Translations under genes and position numbers: made by a program
Source of the DNA: Candidatus Melainabacteria bacterium 17Bon1m
GTDB lineage: Bacteria; Cyanobacteriota; Vampirovibrionia; Obscuribacterales; Obscuribacteraceae
NCBI GenBank assembly: GCA_032128875.1
Contig: JAVLKG010000001.1
Location: forward strand, 576,001 to 640,000
Length of the DNA stretch: 64,000 nt
Direction of reading: 5' to 3'
The notes under the pieces: model-generated
Seen by the model: the letters and a program-made list of their open reading frames with translations, nothing else
Database searches by the model: none
What the model was told of the DNA's origin: nothing
Part shown: one piece after another, positions 49,313 through 58,344 of the stretch
How positions within the stretch are numbered: position 1 is the first letter of the stretch
Layout: each line of letters starts with the position of its first letter

Positions 49313-50602
49313 ATGGCAGAGCCCGTCGGTTCTAAACCTCAGGTGTCAAAACCGACCGCGACCAATGTTGTCGACGGTGAATGTCAGGATTGCTTTCGTC
49401 CCGTAGCGGAAGAGGGCACTGTACAGAAAACTCAATGGTTTTCGCTCTGTCGCTGCGACCGCCCCTTCTCGCCTAGTTCTTCTTTTTCAATTGATATTTG
49501 TGCCGCTTGCAATAGGCGTATTGCCGCCAATGTTGCACCGGGACCGAAGCACGTTGATCTTTGCAGTTGCATGGTGCGCAAACCTGTAAAAGTTCCGATG
49601 CATCTCAAGCCTAACGAAAGTGATGCCATATCATTGGACCTTTCGACTGTTGGATTATCACCTGGCACTTTTCCTGCCGAGAGATACGCGCCTCTCGCAC
49701 TTTTAGGTTTTAGCAAACGAGCAACGACAGTTCTTGCAAGAGACAGACAGCGCGGGACAAAAGTTGCTGTGAAGTGTTTCAAGAAAATTCCGCCTGAATT
49801 GCAGGCGACTTTCCAAAGCGAAGTGAAGAAGAATCAGCAGCTCACTCATACAAATATTCTCAAAATTGCCGACTGTGGTGTACACAATGGAAAAGCACCG
49901 TATGTGGTGACAGACTATAAAGATGGCTTTAACGTAGAGCAGTGCGCGGCGCTTTATGGTTTTCCAAGTTTTGATGTTGCCGTCAAAGTCATGCTTGGAA
50001 TGTGCGAAACCTTATTGTATGCGCAGAAGCAAGGTGTTTCACACAAAGACATCAGACCCGGCAACATCATTTTCTTTGACGATATGAATTCAGATCCATC
50101 CGTCTTTGTGACTGATTTCGCTCTACCGAAAATCAAAGCAAGCGAGGGACTTGTCGATACGAGTGATGCAATTTGGATGTCCGGTGATGAAGCGCGTAAT
50201 ATGGAATACACAGAAAGGTCGGAAGTCTATTCGATAGGTGCTATTGGCTTTCTTCTTTTGACTGGCCGTCCTGCTTTTCGAGACGGCGACATGCAGGAAA
50301 TCAAAAATATGCATGCGCTCAAACTGCCTCCCAAAATCTCTGACTTGAACTTTGACAAGAGACGCCCCAAAGATCTCGAGGAGATTATTGTGAGGTGTTT
50401 AGAGAAAGATCCGCAATACCGTTTTGAAACCGTGGAAAAGCTAAAAGAGCGCCTGGAGGTTTTTCCTCGCAGAATCCAGATGCAAATCAATGCCGTCATT
50501 GCAGCGAGAAAGCGCAAGAAGATAATGCTGATCGCGTCTATCGCTGCCGCCGCAATTTCGGTCATTGGCGCAATTGGATTCTTTGTTCTTCGCGGTCATT
50601 AA
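49313..50602 (+). CDS. Ser/Thr kinase-like protein with Cys-rich N-terminus and C-terminal TM
   Basis: VAVK, HKDIRPGNI, DFA, EVYSIG, CLEKDPQYRF. Confidence 0.85.
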   Translation: MAEPVGSKPQVSKPTATNVVDGECQDCFRPVAEEGTVQKTQWFSLCRCDRPFSPSSSFSIDICAACNRRIAANVAPGPKHVDLCSCMVRKPVKVPMHLKPNESDAISLDLSTVGLSPGTFPAERYAPLALLGFSKRATTVLARDRQRGTKVAVKCFKKIPPELQATFQSEVKKNQQLTHTNILKIADCGVHNGKAPYVVTDYKDGFNVEQCAALYGFPSFDVAVKVMLGMCETLLYAQKQGVSHKDIRPGNIIFFDDMNSDPSVFVTDFALPKIKASEGLVDTSDAIWMSGDEARNMEYTERSEVYSIGAIGFLLLTGRPAFRDGDMQEIKNMHALKLPPKISDLNFDKRRPKDLEEIIVRCLEKDPQYRFETVEKLKERLEVFPRRIQMQINAVIAARKRKKIMLIASIAAAAISVIGAIGFFVLRGH

Positions 50603-50613
50603 AGTTTGCACTC

Positions 50614-50967
50614 ATGAGCAATAGCGCTTCGATTGACATTGATGAGATTGTTGATAATGCCACTGATGCGCAGGCGCAAAAGAAAGTGCGCTGTAAGAGC
50701 TGCGAGCACGAGATAACAAGTCCGTCGCTGGCAATTCAACCGCACGAACATACTTTTCGTAATCCAGCCGGTTACTCATTTCACGTGCTCTGCTACAGCG
50801 ACGCACCCGGCGCCGCCAATGTTGGCGATGCGTCGACTGAGGCGAGCTGGTTTGCGAATTATGCATGGACTTTTGCAATCTGCGCTCAGTGCCACAATCA
50901 TCTAGGATGGTGGTACGAGGGAAAAGATCGTTTTGCCGGGCTCATCGCGACTCGTTTGATTCGCTAA
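50614..50967 (+). CDS. Cereblon-like (CULT) zinc-binding protein
   Basis: CKSC, FRNPAG, SWFANYAW, CAQC..HLGW. Confidence 0.88.
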   Translation: MSNSASIDIDEIVDNATDAQAQKKVRCKSCEHEITSPSLAIQPHEHTFRNPAGYSFHVLCYSDAPGAANVGDASTEASWFANYAWTFAICAQCHNHLGWWYEGKDRFAGLIATRLIR

Positions 50968-51206
50968 TGATGGAAACCAATCCGCGCCTTTTTCTATGTT
51001 TTTAACTACACGAAAAATAGAAGATCTCGGTAGCCCCTTAGGGCGATGCACATCCGGAAAGTCATGTCTTTATTAGCTCGGCGGATTTTGGTTCAGTACA
51101 TTAAATTACAATTTTTCACACTTCATCCGTTACCGCGAGAAAAAGCGAAGGAAAGATTCCTATATGGGCCGAGCTGTAAAATTTTAGGAGACCGGAGGCT
51201 AGATTG

Positions 51207-51734
51207 ATGCGAGTCCGAAAAGTTGAGGTGCTGGCAGTGCCAGTGCTCGAATCGCATATTGAGGCAATGCGCCTTATTGCCGAACAGCGCATGATTTCAA
51301 TTGATAGATTAGCGTCAGAGATGATTGCTAAAGAAACACAACGGCAGCGTAAGCTGCTTGGTGGTGGCGCTGGGGTTGCAGCAGGCGATGCTGCAGGCGG
51401 GTCAAAACCTCTGAGTAAGCCGGCGAAGAAGCGAGCTGAGTCAGTCTCGGAAGAAGATATTCTCTTGCGAAACATCGGAAAGCAGATTAGGCTGCGCCGC
51501 CTTTTGATGGGAATGAGCCAAGCGGAGCTAAGCAAGAAAGCCGGTTTTAGCCGCGCATTCATTGTGGATGTTGAAAGCGGCAACAGAAGTATAGGCTTAG
51601 ACAACCTATACCACCTCGCGTCGATGCTGGATATTGAAGGCTCACACCTTGTTCATCTTGCAGAACAGATGTCTGTAGGCGCTGAAGCGAAGCACGAAGT
51701 AATCGATTGCGGAACTACAGATCCGCAAGAGTGA
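51207..51734 (+). CDS. XRE-family HTH transcriptional regulator
   Basis: IGKQIRLRRLLMGMSQAELSKKAGFSRAFIVDVESGNRSIGLDNL. Confidence 0.82.
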   Translation: MRVRKVEVLAVPVLESHIEAMRLIAEQRMISIDRLASEMIAKETQRQRKLLGGGAGVAAGDAAGGSKPLSKPAKKRAESVSEEDILLRNIGKQIRLRRLLMGMSQAELSKKAGFSRAFIVDVESGNRSIGLDNLYHLASMLDIEGSHLVHLAEQMSVGAEAKHEVIDCGTTDPQE

Positions 51735-51789
51735 CCGATATACTCAGAGTCATTTAGCTGTTTAGCGGGCGTAACGAATTTAGGACCTG

Positions 51790-52671
51790 CTAGCGCATCG
51801 CTGGCTCTAGGCGGGAATTCAATTCGGCGACTTTGTTTCCATTAAGATAGGTGCCGAACTGATCGAGCGAAAACTGAACGCCCGAATAGAAGTCGCCGAA
51901 TACACCGTATTTCGAGCTGGCTTCGTCGAAACGCATTTCGTAAATCAGCTTTTTGAATACGAGCGGATCGTCTGCGTACAGGTCGACGCCCCATTCGAAG
52001 TTGTCGTATCCGATTGAGCCGGAGATGACTTGAGTCACAAGTCCGTGGTAGGTTCTGCCGATTTTGCCGTGGTCGAGCATCAAGCGCGCCCGTTCGGCAA
52101 AAGGCAGTGTGTACCAGTTAACCGTTTCGCCACGTTTCTTGTCCATTGGGTAGAAGCAGACATAGCGGCGTTGCGGGATGCGCGCCCAGAGTCGCCCTGC
52201 GTGGTGTGGAACCTTTTCTTGCTCTTTGAGAAGCTCATCGAAAGCCTTAATCCACTCCTCAGAATGGGGCTTCAGTCCCTTCTCCGCTAGTGCAGCGTGG
52301 ATTTTGCCAGTGGCGTCGTAGAGCCCGAGCTCCAGAATAGAAACGTAAGACGCTTGTGGTGAGATAAACTCTGAAATTGCCAGCCTGTCGACGACGGTCT
52401 GTGCATGCGCCAGACCTTCGTAATTTTTGCTGTAGTGCGTCAGCATTAGGTCGGCTTTATGTCCGACCATTTGAGCCAGCCCGATATCTGTGTCGTCAGC
52501 GTTTTTCAGTTCATTGAGCGCTGCTGTCGCTTGCTCGATAATTTGGGTCTTCTCTTCCTGGGCGACCTGGTCCCATGCCAGACGATCGAAGGCGAACATG
52601 CGGTGGAGTATCCACCAGCTGTCTAGGGATTCGGGGACTTCAGGATGACGCATAGTCCGGCTCCTTGGCAA
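51790..52671 (-). CDS. chdC: Coproheme decarboxylase / chlorite dismutase family (HemQ/ChdC)
   Basis: CFYPMDKKR..NWYTLP..ERARLM.DHG.IGR.Y, GSIG.D.FEWGV.L.ADD, YEMRFDEASS.YG. Confidence 0.85.
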   Translation of the reverse strand: MPRSRTMRHPEVPESLDSWWILHRMFAFDRLAWDQVAQEEKTQIIEQATAALNELKNADDTDIGLAQMVGHKADLMLTHYSKNYEGLAHAQTVVDRLAISEFISPQASYVSILELGLYDATGKIHAALAEKGLKPHSEEWIKAFDELLKEQEKVPHHAGRLWARIPQRRYVCFYPMDKKRGETVNWYTLPFAERARLMLDHGKIGRTYHGLVTQVISGSIGYDNFEWGVDLYADDPLVFKKLIYEMRFDEASSKYGVFGDFYSGVQFSLDQFGTYLNGNKVAELNSRLEPAMR

Positions 52672-52804
52672 GGCGTATATAACGGATTAAAGCCTAATCT
52701 ATAAAGGCTCGCCAATAGCCGGATGCTAAGCAAGTCTTTGCATTCGATGTAACGCCAAACGCCCGCCTGTTGAGATTTGAGGCCGGAGGCGGAAGCCCAA
52801 GGCG

Positions 52805-53296
52805 TCAGATTCTTTGGAATTTCCAGGACACGAGCTTGCCGTCCTTAAAGGGCGCGATGCCATGAAACATCTTGGGTGAGTCGTCAAAAACCATGTCTAG
52901 CCACAAGCGGTCGCTTTCCCAAAGATTGAGATCAGCGATTTTCTCTACCTCAATCCACTCTAGAACGCCTTCCACATTGCCTTTGTGCGCCTCACCCGAG
53001 TAAGCATCAACCCTGAAAATGAACCCGAACCAAGCTTCGTCATTCTTTCCGAAGCCGGGCCAGCTGATGGTTCCGCGCAGTTTTATATCCGTCGGAGTGA
53101 GTCCGGATTCTTCCTCAATCTCTCTGACTAAGCCCGAAATAATGTCCTCGGCGTCCGATAGTTTCCCGCCCAAACCGTTGTATTTGCCGTAATGTAGGTC
53201 GTCCGGCCTGGTATTCCGGTGAATCATAAGCACGGATTTTTTGTCCGGTGAAAGTATGTAGGCGAGAGTTGCCAAAATCGGAGTGTACGCTTTCAT
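52805..53296 (-). CDS. NUDIX hydrolase (8-oxo-dGTP diphosphatase-like)
   Basis: GKYNGLGGK...REIEEESGL Nudix box. Confidence 0.88.
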   Translation of the reverse strand: MKAYTPILATLAYILSPDKKSVLMIHRNTRPDDLHYGKYNGLGGKLSDAEDIISGLVREIEEESGLTPTDIKLRGTISWPGFGKNDEAWFGFIFRVDAYSGEAHKGNVEGVLEWIEVEKIADLNLWESDRLWLDMVFDDSPKMFHGIAPFKDGKLVSWKFQRI

Positions 53297-53564
53297 GGCG
53301 TCGGGGAATCCTTCCTGTATAAAGACCGAACGATATTACCTCAAATGACGCGTGTATTGGATTTCGCGTATCGTGCGGGCGAATTTTCGCAGGCGCCGTA
53401 AGAGCTTGTCTTCAATATGTGTCACCCAGTCCACCCGTGCACACCGAATATGGTGCGCTAACGGCTCGGTTACCTGATGGTTACAAAAATCACGAGATTG
53501 GGTGATTGCAGCGTTAAGTCCCTGCTGTACGATTGCCTTAAGTCGATAGTCATAACTAAAAAGG

Positions 53565-53969
53565 TTGAGCTTTACTCTTCCGACTCTGGAGGGCGAGGTG
53601 CACATAATTATTGCGCGCGAAATTGAAAGAATGCGCAGCTTCTCCTGCCGCTGCCAGGAGCGCAACGACTTTCTAACCTCTTACTGGAGTCTCAGGCAGG
53701 TTTTGGATATTGCCGACAAGAATTCGCTCGGTAGCGAGACTTATGCGGACATTCTTGTGGAGCTTGGTCTGGTCTGTACGACACTCAACAAAGTCGCCGA
53801 AGGTAAGTCACATTTCGTAAATGCGTTGTGTTTGTATAGGGAAATTTATCCAGAGGACGGCTTTCCAGTTCAGGAATGCCTCAAACGCATTGAGGGGGCA
53901 GAGGCGGTCATGTCGCTGCAGCCTGCGTCTAGTTTACGTAACCGATATTCAAATATAAGGGCGACTTAA
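53565..53969 (+). CDS. Hypothetical TPR-like protein
   Basis: YADILVELGLVC...AEGKSHFVNALCLYREI. Confidence 0.55.
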   Translation: MSFTLPTLEGEVHIIIAREIERMRSFSCRCQERNDFLTSYWSLRQVLDIADKNSLGSETYADILVELGLVCTTLNKVAEGKSHFVNALCLYREIYPEDGFPVQECLKRIEGAEAVMSLQPASSLRNRYSNIRAT

Positions 53970-54317
53970 AATACGCGACACCATGCTGCATCCGACCTTT
54001 GCTTCCTTAAAGTGAACCGAGGCATAGGGGCCGTTTCATCGTGTCAATGAGGCTATAATCGCACGCTCTTTCAGGGTGATCAGGTTTGTTTGATGAAATA
54101 AGACATCACTAGATCACCATACCTCGGTATTGATTTTCCCCTTGGCTATCGAGCAAAAGAGGCATAACCTGGACAAATCCAGCGTTTTTCCTCATCATGG
54201 AATACAGGCGGTGACTAACATCAGTAGTAAGAGCGATGGCGATGCGTCCTGCCCTAGGTGCTCGCGCTCTCCATTAGCTCTGTATATATCCGTCTAATTC
54301 GATGATTGGAATGTGAA

Positions 54318-54749
54318 ATGCCAGTATTACTAGTGGTTGAAGCCGAATCTGTTCAACGCGACATAATTTCGGCTTTACTTGAAAAATATGAATACTCTGC
54401 CGTTTTCGTAGAAACGGCGGCCGATGCGCTTGACGCAATCAAAAATAGCGATACGTCGTTTGATGGAATCCTCATGGATTTGCAGTTGCCTCATTCGTCT
54501 GAAACTGAGACAGCTAGAGCAATACGTCAGCTGGAGATTGATAAAGGGCGAAAGACTCCCTTGATTGCAGTAACAACAAATGCCTCTGAGCGTGAGCGCA
54601 TTGATGCCTACGGCGTGGGTGCTGACGATTGTTTGAAGAAGCCATTTGATCCGGAGGATCTGAGGCGTATTCTTCTGAAGTGGACTTACAACCCAGCGAG
54701 GCCCAATTTGAGGATTCTTCCTCCGAGCAGATCGTTGGAAAGCGCTTAG
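54318..54749 (+). CDS. Single-domain response regulator (CheY-like)
   Basis: ILMDLQLP, PLIAVT, GADDCLKKPF. Confidence 0.88.
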   Translation: MPVLLVVEAESVQRDIISALLEKYEYSAVFVETAADALDAIKNSDTSFDGILMDLQLPHSSETETARAIRQLEIDKGRKTPLIAVTTNASERERIDAYGVGADDCLKKPFDPEDLRRILLKWTYNPARPNLRILPPSRSLESA

Positions 54750-54760
54750 CGGGTTAAAGT

Positions 54761-56683
54761 TTAGTCTTTCAGAGTGGAGACTTTGATCCAAACTAAGTAA
54801 GCCACAAGTGCTAGGACGAGAAACGCGCAGCCGATGTATTTGCACAGGATGAGACCACTGCTCGGCGGACCGTTTTGTGCAATTGCTATTCTGACATTGG
54901 CGAATCTGTCCGCGATAGTCTTATCTTCGGCGCGTTTGGTCTTTCCTCTCTCAAGCGCGAGAACAAGCGGCTTGTTTGAATTGGGACACATGATCATTTC
55001 ACCTTTACTGTCATACGCATGAAGATAGGCGAACTGAGATTCAATCGGAGCATTAGGTAATTCAACACGCCCATTTGGTTTGTTGATGACCGAAAGCATA
55101 GCTACCGTGCCTGGCTCAGGTGAGGTTTCCTGTTCAAAGCTTTCGCCGCGCAGCATACGGTCATCCAGTTTTTTGTCTTTTATTTTGGTATCAGGCGAAT
55201 ACGTATTGAACGAATACGTCTTCACAGGTTCGAGCTTATTCGTGACTGGGTTGCGGTAGGAAAAGAGGGTTTTGGCTTCGTTGGCGATCGGGTATCGATG
55301 GTTGTTTTGGTAAAACGATTGCGCACCGGCCGCGACACTACCCATTGCTCGGGCAGTATTGATTTCTGGCGATGCATCATCCCAAAGTTTTAGACCTGAT
55401 GTGTCTTGCAATCCGTGCTCGATTGGTGTTAACCACTCACAATTGTTGTACTCGCCTTTGAGCAAGCGCATTTCATCTGAGAATGAGCCTCTCCAGATTA
55501 CCGGATGAGCATTATTCTTCAATCCAGAGCCAGTCAGAGCAAAACCCTTTCTGCTTATACCAAGTGAAACAGAACCGTCTATAGTGGCATACGTTTTACC
55601 GACGAGAGCCTGAACGTACGGTGGATATTCCTTGGACGACGGCTCGTTGACCAATGAGGTTATGAAAAGACCGAACACCACGGCAATTGCTGCAAGGGGA
55701 GACAATCTTATGAGTCTTGTCTTCCAAGAATTTTCTTCCTCGATTGTTTTGTCGAGTTCTGCGGTCGCTTGAGTTTTGAAATAGGTGCGCGCGATGCCGG
55801 TAGTTGATGACTGTGTATGAACTGGAAAATCCGACCAATCAACACCCGTATTGTTTTCGTTGGTCAGTTTGTTCGGTGCAAGTGGAAGGGTTGCTCGCGC
55901 ACTGGCTCGAGGATCGGGTCCGAGCTTGTGCAGTCCGCCAGCTACGCCGTCTTGGTTATCCCTACCGGTCTCTTGCTTTGGTGGCGAAAAATCTTCATCC
56001 GCGCTACCCTGATTGCCCGTTTCAAGCTCGTTCGAAAGCATGTCTGCGGGCGACGCATCGGGCGCAAAAGATTGCCTTGATTGAATAGACTGTTGTACTT
56101 TGGGTGGTTGGTGGCTTCCTGTTCGCCGTGGGGAGGCGCGATTTATGCGCGAAACTAATACTGCCTGTGTTGACGGCTGCTTATTATCTTCGGCGTCTGA
56201 TTCAGTTTTTCCTGTGCCAAGTGTTTCTCTCATCTCCTGTTTCAAACCGAGGAGAGTAGACTTATCTCCATTTGTTTTTATCAACCAGGCGGCATAATTG
56301 CCGATTACAGATTTCCGAATGACATGATGCAGTGGCAACAGAGAGGTCGCCAACTTGTGCGCGATTTTGAATTCTACTTCTGCCTGAGCTTGCTGTTCGC
56401 ATTGGTCGTGAGCTTTTGCTAGTTTTAAATACGAGACGATTTTGTCTGCATCGCGACTGCCGCTTTCATCTTGCAGTTTGAGCAAAGTCTCGTACGTTAC
56501 GAGCGATTCCTTGTATAAGGTCGCACGCTGCTGGCTGGCTCCCAGCTTCTTCAGAATTTCGATTCTCTGGGCACTTGCAGAAGTGTCGAGCTGGCTTAGC
56601 AGTTTGCCATACATTTGGCATGCTTCATCAAAGTTGCCTGCCTTAAACTCTAGATCCGCATCTGTTTCTACTTCAGATAACAT
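54761..56683 (-). CDS. TPR-containing membrane protein
   Basis: N-terminal TPRs, disordered linker, TM, extracytoplasmic domain, C-terminal TM. Confidence 0.75.
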   Translation of the reverse strand: MLSEVETDADLEFKAGNFDEACQMYGKLLSQLDTSASAQRIEILKKLGASQQRATLYKESLVTYETLLKLQDESGSRDADKIVSYLKLAKAHDQCEQQAQAEVEFKIAHKLATSLLPLHHVIRKSVIGNYAAWLIKTNGDKSTLLGLKQEMRETLGTGKTESDAEDNKQPSTQAVLVSRINRASPRRTGSHQPPKVQQSIQSRQSFAPDASPADMLSNELETGNQGSADEDFSPPKQETGRDNQDGVAGGLHKLGPDPRASARATLPLAPNKLTNENNTGVDWSDFPVHTQSSTTGIARTYFKTQATAELDKTIEEENSWKTRLIRLSPLAAIAVVFGLFITSLVNEPSSKEYPPYVQALVGKTYATIDGSVSLGISRKGFALTGSGLKNNAHPVIWRGSFSDEMRLLKGEYNNCEWLTPIEHGLQDTSGLKLWDDASPEINTARAMGSVAAGAQSFYQNNHRYPIANEAKTLFSYRNPVTNKLEPVKTYSFNTYSPDTKIKDKKLDDRMLRGESFEQETSPEPGTVAMLSVINKPNGRVELPNAPIESQFAYLHAYDSKGEMIMCPNSNKPLVLALERGKTKRAEDKTIADRFANVRIAIAQNGPPSSGLILCKYIGCAFLVLALVAYLVWIKVSTLKD

Positions 56684-56794
56684 TGATACTCTCTTGCCTT
56701 AGTGCGTGCGAAGACGACGAAACTCACACGAATTTCGCCTGCTAACCCCGGGTAATGTTTACATTATGGCAAGTGCCTGCCTGTTAGACATCAC

Positions 56795-56862
56795 ACCAAA
56801 AGGTTATTACGCCAAACCAAAAGGTTATTACTCCAAACCAAAGGGTTATTACGCCAAACCAA
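56795..56862 (+). repeat. 21-bp intergenic tandem repeat, about 3.2 copies
   Basis: ACCAAAAGGTTATTACGCCAA / ACCAAAAGGTTATTACTCCAA / ACCAAAGGGTTATTACGCCAA / ACCAA. Confidence 0.92.
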
Positions 56863-56901
56863 GAACCTATTCCGTAGAACCAGAAACCAATTGAATGTCA
56901 A

Positions 56902-57345
56902 TTACATTCTGAATTTCATCATTTTTCCGGAAATTCTTTGTTGAAGCAGGTTGAGGCGTGTGATGGCCTGAAACAAATTGTTTGCTGATTCTGGCTGCGC
57001 GTTTATGACTACAGTGTCAATAGTATGTTGAATGTGCTTTGCGACTGTGGCTATTTCTTCAATTTCAGACTGGCAAGCAGAAGTAAAAACGTCCGCGAAT
57101 TTCTTTTCAAGCGAATCCAGCAATTTTATTTGTTGATTCAATATCACAGGCACCATCGAGGTTTGCTGCATAACTAGCTGCTTTACTGAATCAGTGTTAT
57201 CGACACTAAGTGAAGTCTTCAATTGCTCATGCGCCTTTTCTATCCCCATGGCCGCATGGCGCATTTGCTCAACGAGGTTGCTTGAAAGATTTTGGGGCGC
57301 GTGGGTCGTGATTTCCATAAACGTATGATTGCACAAATTAGTCAA
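56902..57345 (-). CDS. Hypothetical helical protein
   Basis: 147-aa ORF coupled to the upstream ATL gene. Confidence 0.6.
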   Translation of the reverse strand: MTNLCNHTFMEITTHAPQNLSSNLVEQMRHAAMGIEKAHEQLKTSLSVDNTDSVKQLVMQQTSMVPVILNQQIKLLDSLEKKFADVFTSACQSEIEEIATVAKHIQHTIDTVVINAQPESANNLFQAITRLNLLQQRISGKMMKFRM

Positions 57346-57724
57346 TCCAGAGATAAACCGCTAAATCAATACTTTCATCATTTCGAAAGCGAACACCTTC
57401 TTGTTCTAGGAGCACACGCTGAAGTCTTAGAGGGCGTCCATCATCGGATAGTTGCGCGGACTCTTGATGGGTGCTGAGTTTGCCTTTCGAGTTAATTACA
57501 CGGTGCCAAGGCACTGTATTCGAATTGTATTCGCTCTCATTCTTGTCGCTTCCAAGAGCATTCATTGCCCAACCTACCGCCGCTGCACTTAAGCGTTTGT
57601 TCATGCGAGCTGAGATATCACCGTAGGTCGAAACTTTGCCGCGCGGAATTTTTCGAACAATCTCATATACGTGCTCGAACGGGCTGAGCTCTTTGGTTTG
57701 TTTGGTTTTCTTAGAAGTCGTCAT
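57338..57724 (-). CDS. Alkyltransferase-like protein (ATL, MGMT family)
   Basis: IPRGKVSTYGDI, AVGWAM, PWHRVINSKG (Trp replaces the catalytic Cys). Confidence 0.88.
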   Translation of the reverse strand: MTTSKKTKQTKELSPFEHVYEIVRKIPRGKVSTYGDISARMNKRLSAAAVGWAMNALGSDKNESEYNSNTVPWHRVINSKGKLSTHQESAQLSDDGRPLRLQRVLLEQEGVRFRNDESIDLAVYLWID

Positions 57725-57831
57725 TTGTTGATGAGCTGAGCTGTAACTGCCAATGGGCGCCGCTATAATAGCAAAGTGCTCGTGTGCGTATACAATTGGG
57801 CACTGGGGAAATCTACAAAAGGGGTTGTGCA

Positions 57832-58344
57832 ATGAGAGCACCCTTTCGCGCGCTAAAAGTCGTCCAAGCGGTACTTCTGGTATCTATCGTCTCCGTTGTT
57901 TTGTTCGCTGCTACTGGCTGTTCTAAAGACGAGCAAGTTGACGACCTTGCGGTTGCTAAGATACCCGTGGAAGAACTACAAGCGACTGGTTTTTTGCCGC
58001 TGAACGCGGATAAGCCCGGCACATTTGTTGAAGTAGAGAAATACCTGGTTCCTGGAAAATATACTCTGGTCGCTTATTTTAGCCCTTACGACGGTGTTTA
58101 TGCCGGACTAGAACCCAGACTAATTCAGCTTTCGCAGGTTCGTCCCGAAATTGCCATCCGTACAGTAAACATAAATCGCCCAGACATTCAGGGCATCGAT
58201 TGGCAGTCTCCTGTACTCGGCGATTTAGGCATTACAAAACTTCCTCACTTCCAAATCTTTGATGCATCCCGCAGCTTGAGAGCACAAGCAAGACCCGCTA
58301 TGGAACAAGTAACTCAGTGGGTGCAGTCTCTGCCGCCAAACTAA
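57832..58344 (+). CDS. Thioredoxin-fold lipoprotein lacking CxxC
   Basis: Lipobox ATG-C; YTLVAYFSPYDGVY in place of WCxxC; cis-Pro motif KLPHF. Confidence 0.65.
   Translation: MRAPFRALKVVQAVLLVSIVSVVLFAATGCSKDEQVDDLAVAKIPVEELQATGFLPLNADKPGTFVEVEKYLVPGKYTLVAYFSPYDGVYAGLEPRLIQLSQVRPEIAIRTVNINRPDIQGIDWQSPVLGDLGITKLPHFQIFDASRSLRAQARPAMEQVTQWVQSLPPN

Noticed and set aside
56795-56862. 21-bp repeats as a mini-CRISPR
   Set aside because: Head-to-tail units without unique spacers.
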